The notes under the pieces were generated by a model. That model was not told where the DNA came from. It searched no databases and saw nothing but the letters and a program-made list of their open reading frames with translations. Below, piece after piece: positions 13,745 through 26,243 of a stretch of 64,000 nucleotides of DNA. This stretch comes from Octopus sinensis (Eukaryota), in the NCBI RefSeq assembly GCF_006345805.1, contig NC_043003.1, positions 80,166,001 to 80,230,000 on the forward strand, read 5' to 3'. How positions within the stretch are numbered: the stretch's first letter is position 1; each line of letters begins with the position of its first letter. A program made the position numbers and the translations under genes.

Positions 13745-14029
13745 TACAGGGTAAATGTTTTTTAATTTTCTCCTGGTTTACGGAATTGATGTTTATTTGC
13801 GGTTGAAGCTTTGGCTGTTATTTCTAGTGGGTGAATGGCCTATATGGCCGTTCCTTGATTGTGATGTTGAACTTAAAAATGGTCTATGACTATTTAATTT
13901 TTTCCCACTAGGCGCTGGTGGCAAAAAAATTCTACAAATTTTTTTGCCACCCTATATTGATTATATATATATATATATATATAATATATATATATATATA
14001 TACATACACGCACACACACATATATATAT

Positions 14030-14170
14030 GACGGACTTGTCTCACTTTCCGTCTACCAAATCCACTCACAAGGCTTTGGTCAGCCCGAAGCTATAGTAGA
14101 ACACATTTGCCCATGGTGCCACGTTGTAGGACTGAACCCGGAACTATGTGGTTGGTAAGCAAGCTACTTT
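14030..14170 (-). mobile_element. SINE family A, 5'/central fragment
   Basis: tttccgtctaccaaatccactcacaaggctttggtc...gaacccggaac...gcaagctactt matches the reverse complement of 42791-42945. Confidence 0.85.
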
Positions 14171-14625
14171 ATTTCTTTTAAATTGCCATCAAGGCATAAT
14201 AGAGGGGACACTACAAAACATGTGGGGACATATAACATTTAAAAATATATAAAATAAAAAATATGCTACTATGAATGACGCATGAAAATGAAGATGAAAA
14301 ATTAAAATCAAAATATTAAAATCAAAATATTAAAGTTATGATAACATGAATGATATCTTAAAAATGAGAATATGAAAAGAGTGTTACTCACCCCACACTG
14401 TGTAACACCAATCGCCACCCTTGACTCCTTAGTCCTATTTAGCCTCTTGTCCAGTCCTTTTTCCATTTTCCCCATCGCTGAGTGACAAGACTCTCGCCAC
14501 CATGTAGAGGTAACCTTTTTCACCGTGGGAGGAGGTCTTGAAAATTTTATGGTACCTGTTCTCTCTCCATATTTTTCCTGTGGGCAAAGGGGGGCGGGTG
14601 GGTTTGGTTTCTGTATAGAAAGGGT
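14170..14625 (-). mobile_element. Possible 3' end of a non-LTR retrotransposon (L1/Tx1-like)
   Basis: GC-richer segment, then a T-rich UTR ending tgtcccctctattatgccttgatggcaatttaaagaaataaa on the minus strand, similar in style to the tail at 54245-54310. No clear protein motif. Confidence 0.3.
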
Positions 14626-14629
14626 GGGC

Positions 14630-14738
14630 CTGAGAATATAGTAAAAGACACTTGCCCAAGGTGCCACGCAGTGGGACTGAACCCGGAACCGTGTTGTTAG
14701 TAAGCAAGCTACTTACCACACAGCCACTCATACGCCTA
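14630..14738 (-). mobile_element. SINE family A head
   Basis: aagacacttgcccaaggtgccacgcagtgggactgaacccggaacc...cacacagccactc. Confidence 0.85.
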
Positions 14739-14805
14739 TAAATATATATGTATATACACTTATATACACCATTCTATCTGTCTGACTTTCTATGTATGTA
14801 TGCAT

Positions 14806-14895
<90 letters not shown>
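14806..14895. repeat. (TCTA)n microsatellite
   Basis: Direct reading. Confidence 0.97.
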
Positions 14896-15423
14896 GCCTG
14901 TCTGACCGTATGTCTATCTGTCGAACTGTGTGTGTGTGTGTGTATAGGCGCAGGCGCGACTAAGTGAAAATAATTTTCCGGGTTTAGTTCTACTACATAG
15001 CACTTCGAAGAATCGTCTTCTAGAATTGCGATAAAAAGGGGCTTTTTTACTACTTTCCTTCTGTGATCAAAGTTGACTTCTCGAAACATCATTAAGATCA
15101 GCCACCTGTGAATAAACTACAAACCATCTCCAAATATAACAATGAAAGACGTCTTACAGAAGGGTAAACAATCATTCTTTCTCTCTTTGTACTTCCTTTC
15201 TTTCTACTCTCATTCCTCTCCTATATCCTTCTTTCTGTCTTCCTCTCCTCAATTTCCTGTTTTCTCTTTCTGTCTTTCCACATATATACGCATATGGACA
15301 AAACCAAACATTAAAACATTGTCATCAAAATTTTCTGTAAAACATATCTGAAGAGTCTCAATGAATGAATTGAAAGTGCTAATAAAAAATTATCCATAAT
15401 TCTGATTATCCCCTTTTATATAA

Positions 15424-15819
15424 TACTAGCACTATCGCCCGGCGTTGCTCGGGTTTGTAAGGGAAATAACTATATAAGCATTTTTAGAGAGTTATAGCCA
15501 AAAAATAGCAAAAAAATGCATTAAAAATGGAAAAAAAATGATGGTAATTTTTTTTAAAAGTCGTTAACTCATCGTAGACATTTTTAGAGAGTTACTTCCC
15601 TTATATAATAGCGAAAAAATGCATTAAAATGGAAAAAAATGATGGTAAATTATTTTTAAAATCATAGACTCATCGTAGACGCGCGCTAATACCCAGAAGG
15701 GCTCGATTTGAATCACGACTATAAGATACCCGCTTTTGGTTAAACTGCACCGCAAAATGTGGGAGTAGTTAGGAATCTAATTCGTAGGAGACAGACACAG
15801 AACTTGACTTTTATATATA
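15424..15819 (-). mobile_element. Non-autonomous Helitron-like element
   Basis: Minus-strand 3' end is the GC hairpin cccgagcaacgccggg followed by CTAG (15426-15429). The other end is acagacacagaacttgacttttatatata. Internal tandem duplication of about 100 bp. Confidence 0.7.
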
Positions 15820-15947
15820 ATATATAAAATCTTTACACCATTCACTCATTCAATCAAACAATTATTCTGTTAATCAATCTATCAATCTGTCATTCAATCA
15901 ATCAATCAATACGTCACTCACTCAGTCAAACAATCAGTCAGTCAGGC

Positions 15948-15954
<7 letters not shown>

Positions 15955-15978
<24 letters not shown>

Positions 15979-16015
15979 CTATCTATTCATACATACATAC
16001 ATAATAGCAACAATA

Positions 16016-16065
<50 letters not shown>

Positions 16066-16085
16066 AACTACTACTGCTGCTGCTG

Positions 16086-16125
<40 letters not shown>

Positions 16126-16150
16126 AACTACTGCTACTGCTGCTGCTGCT
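15955..16150. repeat. Compound (ATCT)(ATAC)(ACT)(GCT) microsatellite
   Basis: Direct reading; source of the poly-V ORF. Confidence 0.95.
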
Positions 16151-16610
16151 TCATAATCACTCACAAACGTGTTCGTAAATAGAATCAGAAGAACAGAAAA
16201 ATTTGAGCAGAAATAATTATTTCTTCATGACAATTCAACTTGTCTCAGAAGAACAGTTTTATTGGTGTATGTATCAGTTCTATGGGTGTGTATATTAATT
16301 AACGTATAAATACACGTAGACACACAAGCACACATTCACACACTAACTCACACACACATACCGTATACATACACAAACACACAAACACATACATGCAAAG
16401 CAAAGTTTATTAATTCTCTTCAAGCACAGTTATTATTTGTCATGGATCTCTTTTATAGTGATGAGCATTCCCAGATGAACGACGTGCATGGTTGTAATTA
16501 TTCTAAGGGGCAAGGCTAAAGAAATTACCTGAAGATGCCAGCTGCATGAAAACTAAAGAGTAACTTAACTGCTACATTTACTTGGAATTACACCGTTAGT
16601 CACAAGAACT

Positions 16611-17336
16611 TATTGCACCCTTTTAAATGGGCCCGGTTTCCCGGTTTCAATGGCGTATGTGTTCCCCAGCTGGACGTTACTTATGTTTGCCAGCTGTATG
16701 GGCTGGAGCTACGTGAAATGAAGTGTTTTGCTCAAGAACATAACGCGTCACCCGGTCCAGGAATCGAAACCACAATCTCACGATCATGATGCTGACACCA
16801 TAACCACTAAGCCACGCACCTCCACAAATAAATGCGCCCTTTTAAAGCCTAGCCAGGATCATGGGCTCGGTTTCCTGTTTTCTATGGCGTATGTGTTCCC
16901 CAGGTGAACGGGACGCCAGTCCATCGCAGCGTTACTCATTTTTGCCAGCTGAGTGGACTGGAGCAACGTGAAATGAAGTGTTTTGCTCAAGAACACAACG
17001 CGTCACCCAGTCCAGGAATCGAAACCACAATCTTACGATCATGATGCTAGCACCCTAACCACTAAGCCACGCGTCTCCACAAAATAAATGCGCCCTTTTA
17101 AAACCTAGCCAGGCTCATGGGCCCGGTTTTCCGGTTTCAATGGCGTATGTGTTCCCCAGCTGAACGGGACGCCAGTCTATCGCAGCGTTACTCATTTTTG
17201 CCAGCTGAGTGGACTGGAGCAACGTGAAATGAAGTGTTTTGCTCAAGAACACAACGCGTCGCCCAGTCCAGGAATCGAAACCACAATCTTACGACCATGA
17301 TGCTGACACCCTAACCACTAAGCCACGCGCCTCCAC
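16611..17336 (-). mobile_element. Head-to-tail trimer of a tRNA-derived SINE (family D) inside one 13-bp TSD
   Basis: Heads at 16825, 17080 and 17336 (period 255-256), with A box tggcttagtgg and B box ggtttcgattcc. TSD agtcacaagaact at 16598-16610 and 17337-17349. Confidence 0.92.
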
Positions 17337-17365
17337 AGTCACAAGAACTATCATTCAGTAAATGA

Positions 17366-17560
17366 CAAAGGCGGTGAGCTGGCATATTTGCTAGAATATT
17401 GTGCAAAATGCATCCGAAGTTCAAATGCCACGGAGGCCGACTTTGTTTTCATCCTTTCAGGTCGCATAAAATTTGTATCAGTGGCGCACTAGAGTCGATT
17501 GAATCGACTTATCCTTCCACCACACTTAAAATTGGTCCAATGCTAAAATTTGTAAACAAT
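17366..17560 (+). mobile_element. Diverged SINE family B
   Basis: ggcggtgagctggca head; gttcaaatgccacggaggccgactttgttttcatcctttc core. Confidence 0.7.
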
Positions 17561-18295
17561 CTGTTGATAAAAAGATCTGATCGGAAAGTGCAAATATATG
17601 TCTGTCACGGTAGCGGTAAACAGCAATAGCACAACCCACTCTATTCTCTAATTAACTGACTTTAACTAATTACATTTACGGTTGCTTTCATTGATTTTTT
17701 AACCATGACACTGACTTCCTCTACATTTAGATAATGATTGTTTATATTGCTAGTTGTACTTTTCAAGTAATTAATATTTCTTGCTTTACTTCATTAATTT
17801 GTTAGCAACTATTTTAATGTTACACACATTACTGTTAAGCACACGTTTCTTACATCATAAGTCGTTCGGTTCGTTTAGATGAATTTTCTGACAAACAAGC
17901 TACCGCGTCTGTCCAACACACGTGATGTCTGCTTTTCCTTCTGTTCATAGTTATTGCAACCACAAAAACCCTTTTCAACATCAATCATACCCCAGAACAT
18001 CTGTTCACTGAAAATAATCCTCTGAGCATGTCGTTCCTTCAACCGTCAGTTTGAAACTTGTACGTAGAAATTTAACGTCATCAAACTTGGCGATCTCAGA
18101 CATTGCCTTCCTTCACACTTACCTAATATGGGTATGTGTGTCTGTAGTCATGAGTATGTTCGAGCTGCATATAATTATAATTTGCTTCAATGACTTCCAT
18201 CGTGGCATTCATTTGTAAAAGTCATAGCAAAAGTTTTAGAACTATTGTTTTCTATATGTATAATTTCTTAATAATAATTTCAAAATAAGATTAGG

Positions 18296-18640
<345 letters not shown>

Positions 18641-19699
18641 AAGCTTGTATGAACACAAAGTTTTCAAGTTAATTTAACCTTAGACGTAACAGGCAAATAA
18701 AAATAGTGTATTGTAGGCCATACGTAAATTGAATTTCTGGCAATAACAACTTGATGGAAAATATCTTTGTAATACACTTAGATATTTACATCGCCTTATC
18801 ATTTCATATGGAATATATTGCATAAATTTCTTATTCCAATAATTTTCCTGGTTTTTCTAAAAGATTTATGTGTATTAAATTATTGCTTGTCATCTGGCAT
18901 TTAGTAATTAAATTAAGGTCAATTTCAAAGTTTAATAAAATTTTAAAACGTCTTTTCTTGTAAAGCTAGCTTAATCATCAAAAAGCATATAAGAAACTTC
19001 TTCAACTATTTTATGTTTCGAAGAATGGCAAGATGTCATAAAAATTCTTTATTGAATAAAACTGAAGGAAAGATCTCAAAGCAACCCAATACATGCAAGT
19101 TGTGTAATTTTCCTGTATTGTAAAACCATGCATTCACCGTCTGTCGAAAGAATTATAAATTCAAGCAACCTATATTCTACTCTCTCTCAGTCTATTAACA
19201 GGTAAATATATTCTTAGTTGATCTAAACTCCATTATCTCGTAAAAACTCTTCCCCAGAGTTGTTTTAGTGAATTGTTATGCTGAAAATCATTCGTTTAGC
19301 AATTAGGAAGTTTGTAGTTCTGCATTCCGGCAATAGACAGAATTGTAAAATACAAACAGATAACGAAGACTATGTAAATGTTGCAGAAATGCTTATTCGT
19401 ATTCAAAGCTCCAAATAATTCCAAAGTGGCTGACTATTTTAAAATAAACTAGCTGTAATACCCGTAGTTGATCGGGTAATTACTTTTACTCTTTCTCGGG
19501 AGACACATTCAAAGTGCTATTATATATAGAGATTTACTCCTCCTGTATGTGTGTATTTTATAAGAGAAAAACATGTAATAGTTGGAGTAGAATAAAGATC
19601 AATTTCATACACGAGCTTCTGTTTGTTTATTATATGACAATGATAAGTGAGTTGTATGTGTTATCTTATATATCAATACAGTAATGGCAATTATATAGT

Positions 19700-19820
19700 A
19701 CACAAGGCTTTGGTGGGTACGGAGCTCTAAGGATAGATAATTACCTAACGTGCGGCACAGTGAGATTGAACCCAGGCGACATGGTTGGAAAGCAAGCTTC
19801 TCAACACACAACCACGCTTA
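19700..19820 (-). mobile_element. Diverged SINE family A head
   Basis: cacaaggctttggtggg...gattgaaccc...gcaagcttctcaacacacaaccacgc. Confidence 0.65.
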
Positions 19821-20059
19821 TAAAGGAGAGACATATTTTGGATTATATACTCCTTGATATAATAAGCTTAACAAAAAGATGAGATGTTTATGGCGAGAAG
19901 ACCTATAATTTTAATATTTACTCTGTCAACGCAACAACTAACAATGCATGGTGTTTCAGAATTTACTCTGTTTCAATGCAATTGAGCAATTTGAAAGAAA
20001 AAACTGACATAATTTTAAGTTTATTACTTAATTATGATACCAAAACAAAAAGATTTATA

Positions 20060-20481
20060 AATCTTTCGTCAAACTTTTATTGAAATTTTTCAACATGCCT
20101 GTATCACTGCAAACTTCAGATCTCTCCCTAGCGTTGTGAAACACATTTTGAAGCATTTCAGGAGTTAGCTCTTTCACTGCTATCTGAATGTTTGTTTCCT
20201 TTAACCTCACCTAAAATATCGCTCCATGTTGGGGATGGAGGTAAGGAAAATTGCTGCCAAATTGAAAAGAAGTTGTCGAGGACAAATTAGAGGTGTCTAA
20301 CAGGAATGCAAATAAGAATATATATATATATATATATATATATAAGTTATGGAATTAAAGCAAAATTCAAAATTTATACACTTTTAATACGTATTAAACA
20401 TGAGAAACATGTATAAAAGCATGTTTTTAAAAAAATAATCAGATTTCACTCAAATCATAGTTAATGCTGGGACACCCTGTA
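20060..20481 (-). mobile_element. Tc1/mariner-superfamily remnant
   Basis: Minus translation LKETNIQIAVKELTPEMLQNVFHNARERSEVC resembles a transposase C-terminus. Tc1-like end tacagggtgtccc at 20481-20469. Confidence 0.45.
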
Positions 20482-21082
20482 TTCGCTCGTACGACTAAAC
20501 GGAGTGGGGTGGATTATTGCAGGTGGCGAGTGTAGCTTTCGGAAGTGGTCACGTGGTCAAACTCCAATGGCTGTGAGTCACAACAGTTAGCAGTCTTTTT
20601 TGTATGAATATTTTGCATTATATAGTTCAAACATGGATGACATAGAAAGCAGACATGCTGCCGGGCCATGCTGCGTTGCGCGGGATTGAAAACGTGAAAC
20701 ATCAACAGGGCACTTCTGGAGAATTGATGAATGGGTTTTGTTGTGCCGCACACACACACACAGGTACACACACACACACAGGTACACACACACACACACA
20801 GGTACACACACACACACGCACACACATGCAAGCATACATACTTTTACCCAACCGCACATGCACGCACACAAGCACGCACACACGCACACAAGCACGCACA
20901 CACACACACACACACACACGCACATGCACACATGCACATGGACCGGTGACGCGACGGATGGCAACATGAAGCATCAACAGGGCGCCGACAAAAATTTTGT
21001 TACTAGTTGTACTTTTCAAATAATTAATATTTCTTGCTTTACTTCGTTAATTTTCTTTGCCAAATGGGACAAAAATGTTTTC

Positions 21083-21430
21083 ATGAAATATTATACGCTA
21101 CTTATAATGCGTAAGTAATTTCAATATATTATCATCGGAAAATGGCCTAAATCAAAGATATAACCTCGTGCTGTACACTCAAATCTGATTAATTGTTTTT
21201 TGGCGGGGAGTATAGTCGGCGTTGCAAATCAGGCCTTCACGCTACGAAAATACTTGTTAAAATACGGTTTATCTGCCCCTAGGCCCGCATTAGGTAAGAA
21301 GTTGAAAATGTTTTTGGCCCATGGCACTCCATCGATCCTATGTAAGGCATGTATAGAATTTGAATGAAATCGGTCTAGTACTTCGCGAGTTTTAGGAATT
21401 CAGAGAGACACATTCACAGTTTTATATATA
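21083..21430 (-). mobile_element. Short non-autonomous Helitron-like copy
   Basis: 21083-21221 is duplicated at 21480-21625. The end aatcggtctagtacttcgcgagtt...agagacacattcacagttttatatata is of the same type as 15781-15819. Confidence 0.6.
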
Positions 21431-22430
21431 CTAGCAGAGATACCGGCGTTACTAGGGATTAAAATGGCATAGTTTGTGTATGAAATATTATACGCTACTT
21501 ATAATGCGTAAGTAGTTTCATTATATTATCATGGGAAAATGGCCTAAATCAAAGATATAACCCCGTGCTGTACACTCAAATCTGATTAATCTGCATTGTT
21601 TTTTGGCAGGGAGTAAAGTCGGCGTAATACAGTGATATTGAAACAGGTGATATGGGAAAGTGCAGCATCGACAACAAAACATTCGACTAAGCAACATGAA
21701 ATGCGTTCGTTTGGAGTATTTTAGGCCGTAACCTGTCATAGAAAATTGGGGGTAGGGATTATGTGACTTTTGAACGCATCGAAAAGCTGTCAGTTGTTAT
21801 ACTTTCTTTTGCAGCGGTCAGCGCGGTGTCTGACACGACCCATCATCTGAAATGTTAACACCTACTTCGGGTTTGTTGTCCTACATCACTCATAAAGTAA
21901 ATTTGGAGGAACTGTGGTTGTTCATTTGTGGGTAACAGGGAACCAATGAGGTTGTAGGCTTGCCCGCAGTAAACGATGTCATTTCAAATGCAGAGTTGTA
22001 TTGTCTGATAATGTCCAGAAAATCCTTTGACTGGATTGATGCGCCTTCTAGAAGATCCATAAAACGTTGAGAAGGAGCTGATAGTGCTGGCAATGTTACC
22101 TGACCGCCTGAGCAGCACATACCATTTGTTTCATTTGAAAATTTTAAACCTCTACGAAAACGACAATGTGTGGTTAGCACACCAATTTGGATAGTTATCA
22201 AGAATGGGATGAATCTTCCTAATTTTTGCATATTTCATTTATTTTGGATAAATTTTTCATTTTCATATTTTTTGAGTAATTGGGCGTCATTTTCTTGGAG
22301 AAGTGCGCTTCTAAAGAAGCACCGAAAATTGTACGCATACCGTTGCATACACGTGGTGGGTTCAAATCCTAGGCGAATTGAGAGTAGTCTATTTACGTTG
22401 GGGGCACGGAATTTCCAGGAAAACATTATA
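21428..22430 (-). mobile_element. Helitron remnant with RepHel N-terminal fragment
   Basis: ORF 21890-22231: HCRFRRGLKFSNETNGMCCSGGQVTLPAL...SKDFLDIIRQYNSAFEMTSF matches the Helitron RepHel C..C.A.KF..E..GMCC..G.V.LP / FL.NIR.YNSAF.MTSF motifs. CTAG 3' end at 21431-21434 on the same strand. Confidence 0.85.
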
Positions 22431-22659
22431 AGAAAAAGCGTCCTAAGTCAAAGAGAGCATATATGTCAAATTTTGTGAAATTCAGTTGAAAATTGTAGGA
22501 GTAGAAGTGGATCAGACAACACACAGACAACTTGCTTGTGTGTTGTGTGATAGTCATCTGCAATTTGTCAGCTGTAATGTATTTTCTACCACAAGAGTTC
22601 AAAACAACTACGCTTATAATTCGTCTTACATCTACATGTATGATATATGCGTTTGAATA

Positions 22660-22671
22660 TGCACACACACG

Positions 22672-22747
<76 letters not shown>

Positions 22748-22775
22748 CATACATATATATGTGTGTGTAAGTATC

Positions 22776-22845
<70 letters not shown>

Positions 22846-22945
22846 CATACATATATATGTGTGTGAAGTATCTATGTATATATGTATTTTTATATGTATA
22901 TATATGTATATATATGTATGTATGTATATGTATGCATGTATATAT
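22660..22945. repeat. (CA)n/(TA)n microsatellite block
   Basis: Direct reading. Confidence 0.95.
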
Positions 22946-24039
22946 ACTCATGACGTTTGAAGGAGCATGAATCACAGGAAATGTATTGATGAGAGTACAT
23001 TATTCACTCGAAGCTCTCACGTCTATATATCACCTTGCCAACCTAAATCATAAAACACTAGTAATGAGGCACTATATAATTCCTAATATAGAGACAGCAA
23101 ATGACTTTTATTCGATTACAAAATAAATAAATATTTGAATTACTATCTGAAAGTTTTCTTTATAAATCAAGGCCTTGTCTATTTATTTCTACTTTCTTAT
23201 GGTTTTATTGTATGAGGGAATGGATTTCTGTTTTAATGGTAGCATCAAAGATTATAAACAAGTTTAGACAATGTATAACAATGCTTTTCCGAATAATGTT
23301 GGATTCCAGTTGTAGCTCCAGAATCTATGTGTTGCAAGAACTGGATTAAATTGATTGTTTCGAAATGCAGCCTTACTTAATGCAATTAAGCTTAAGAATA
23401 ATTTGTTCAATATTAGAACATTCAAATTTAATGTTAAGAAAATATAAATCCAGTATCGTTTTCTTTTGCATAGACATAAAGTCTTTCGATTATCTACGAA
23501 ACTGGTAATGGTAATTTGGATCTTTATGTCTTTTCTAACGACTTCGTTCGTTTAAAGGAAGTGAAGCAACATCCAACAGAGATCGGAAACACTTCATGGT
23601 CTTAGATTCCTGGTAGCTTACTGATCATCGTGTGCAAATATTGAACAAATATTAAAGCACCTTGACAGTAGTTAAACATTATGATAGAATAGTAAACATG
23701 AGTGGCGGCCGGTGATTCTAGTAGGAATCGAAGTTGACACCGGTGAAAAGGTTTCCAGTATAAGGATGCTTAGCTGGTAAACATTTTTGCCTTAATCACT
23801 TTCAAGGTACTTAGGATGATTAATCTGTCAAGCATACAATTTCTTATTTAGCTTTTAAAGCTTAGATAATTAAAATTTAGTCATGTTGATACTTTTCTGA
23901 GTCACGTTCAAAAGTCACCAGTTTAAATTTACAACAAAGCACTCTGTTGACATTATAACTATCAATGACTGTCTATCTAGAAAGATGTAAGTACCTGGCA
24001 TAGATATTGTTCCCACTGGAGAGCGACAAAGAAGATGAA

Positions 24040-24074
<35 letters not shown>

Positions 24075-25825
24075 GGGGAGAGAGCATTTTACCGTTAATT
24101 AGTTTTATTTTATACTATGCTTAGTTTGCATTTTCTTAGATTTTAGAGAAACCACAATGCAACAAATTGCTTCACCTAGCCCTACTAGGCCCTCTGAACT
24201 TCGATTAAAATTTCAAAGATATTGCTTCAGAAGTTATATTTCAGTATTGATATTCTATAAAGAATTAGCTTACTATATAACGTTCATTAATGAAACACCA
24301 CAAAATTAGATTATCCTTTGTTTCGTTCATATTAAAGTATATAGTAGTTAAACTTCCCTGTGCAGAGAAATATTTAAATGGTGATGAAATCAGTTGTCGT
24401 AAGAGTTATTGCCTGCACCACACACGAGAACGGTAGTACTTGTTCTCGTTGAAGTTTTATTTAAATAAAACTAGAAGAGATCGTTGGGAGTTGCACTAAA
24501 TTGATCAAAGTGTGTTGCTTGGTGAAAATTGCCTGACACGTCAAAACCCTATCAATGTAAGAGAATACAATTCAGTTTGTAATGAGCTAAGGTTTATTTA
24601 TTTACGATAGGTGATATCTGGCACATTCAAACGATGAGAAAATTGACTTATTTTCAGCGTCGTGTGTCACGTCTGCGTGTTAAACCCAATTATTTATTTA
24701 CTAAACTTAAACACATTTTAAAGTATTAAATTTATTAGGTATTCTTATACAGGCTATCTATCATCTTCCCATTTAAAGTAGGGAAACTGTAGGTGTTGGT
24801 TTGATAGCTTAAGGTAAACTCCACAGTAACATTCAATATAAGTTTGAAAACAGAAAACATATTATAAACAAAATAATTTCACCGCAGCGAGGAGCGATGA
24901 ATTAAAATATAATACATTAGTGAAACATCATAATATGATTTGTCGTATTCAATCTTAGGTTTCCATTTAAATAGATTACACTGGATGGCTATTATGTTAA
25001 GACTATGATATCATTATTTTAATGTGAATTCAGTTTATTAACTACAGGAAACTTCAGCAATACAACATCACTCTATCATTCAGGTTTTCTTTGTTCTATA
25101 TCCAATACAATGCCAAGACGATTAAGCATGGATGTAAATGTAGCGTATAATCAAGCTGCTATGTTTAGCACTTCTTTTGCGTTTTACAACATTCATAGAA
25201 AGCTAACTTTTTCGTACGGCATCCATTCTGGTTCTTATCCGCTCTTATCAATGTCAGTTTTGCTATTATAGAATAAATGTCATGACTTAGTGAGGGTTTC
25301 AGACCAGACAGCTATGCATCTGCCTCCGCTTGCAAAAGTGGTTCATTGGAATGTGGTTACTGCATCTGTTATTTCTTCTTAAAGCCACATGTGAGAACTT
25401 TGGACCAAACGGAGATTAGCGTCTTTGGGGAAACTCAGGATATTTAACTACGAAAGATGGTATGCCGTTCTGGACTTTCTCTTTTAAATTCAGTAGAGTA
25501 ACACAAACGGGTTAATGGCTATAAACGTTTAGTTTAGTTTTCATTCGATGGCTATATTTTTGAATGAATTAAATAATAATATTTACAACATAAACTGATA
25601 TTTGTTCCTGTTTCTAAGGGACAGCAAATACAGAGACACTGACTTATTTCGCCAGATGCTCTGTCTAGTTAGTCTGTCTCAAATTTGTACTTTTAATATC
25701 TAACAATATTAATACTTGTATACTAAAGCCTAAATTCAGTTCTGTATTTAAGTGATGAGGAATTATGTACAGTATTTACATTATTTACTTTTGACGGATA
25801 TTTGTCCTCATCTTGTTTGTTGTTT

Positions 25826-25868
25826 ACACAACGTTTCGCCTGATATACTCTACAGCTTCATCGGGTGT
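25826..25868 (-). ncRNA. Degenerate minimal hammerhead motif (core CCGAUGA)
   Basis: Reverse complement acac ccgatga agctgtagagtatatcaggc gaaacgtt gtgt. The U4C core change is likely inactivating. Confidence 0.45.
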
Positions 25869-25940
25869 TTTGGGAAAATTTCGAACCTGGGTTCTCATTC
25901 CTAAGGTATTTTTCGATGTTATTATTATTAATATTATTAA

Positions 25941-26011
<71 letters not shown>

Positions 26012-26104
26012 CAGTGACCTTGAATAATAACATCAACAACATCATCAACAACATCGACAACAACAACAGCAACAACAATGATGATGATGATGATGATAAT
26101 AATA

Positions 26105-26151
<47 letters not shown>

Positions 26152-26199
26152 TAGAAAAATACCATAGGAATGAGAACCCAGGTTGGAAATTTCCCTAAG

Positions 26200-26243
26200 A
26201 CACCTGATGAAGGCTGGAAGGTATATCAGCTGAAACGTTGTGT
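26200..26243 (+). ncRNA. Minimal type I hammerhead motif
   Basis: ACAC, CUGAUGA, a GGCUG...CAGCU, GAA AC GU U, GUGU. Loopless palindromic stem III; GUU triplet. Confidence 0.6.

Larger units (their letters stand above)
13035..13963. mobile_element. Ribozyme-bearing 484-bp unit: about 1.18 tandem monomers (minus sense) plus a divergent inverted partial copy (plus sense)
   Basis: 13035-13123 recurs at 13519-13607 (period 484). 13619-13866 is the reverse complement of 13035-13284, and 13867-13963 is the reverse complement of 13422-13518. Confidence 0.85.

Noticed and set aside
16458-16532. C/D-box snoRNA-like GTGATGA...CTGA
   Set aside because: No adjacent terminal stem and no recognisable rRNA-complementary guide.
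16525-16570. CUGAAGA...GAAAAC...GUA hammerhead-like string
   Set aside because: Extra nucleotides in the core and no stem I pairing; likely chance.
18123-18215. Minus-strand AG|GTAAGT donor with a short upstream ORF
   Set aside because: The only open frame ends in a stop exactly at the donor, and no acceptor was found.
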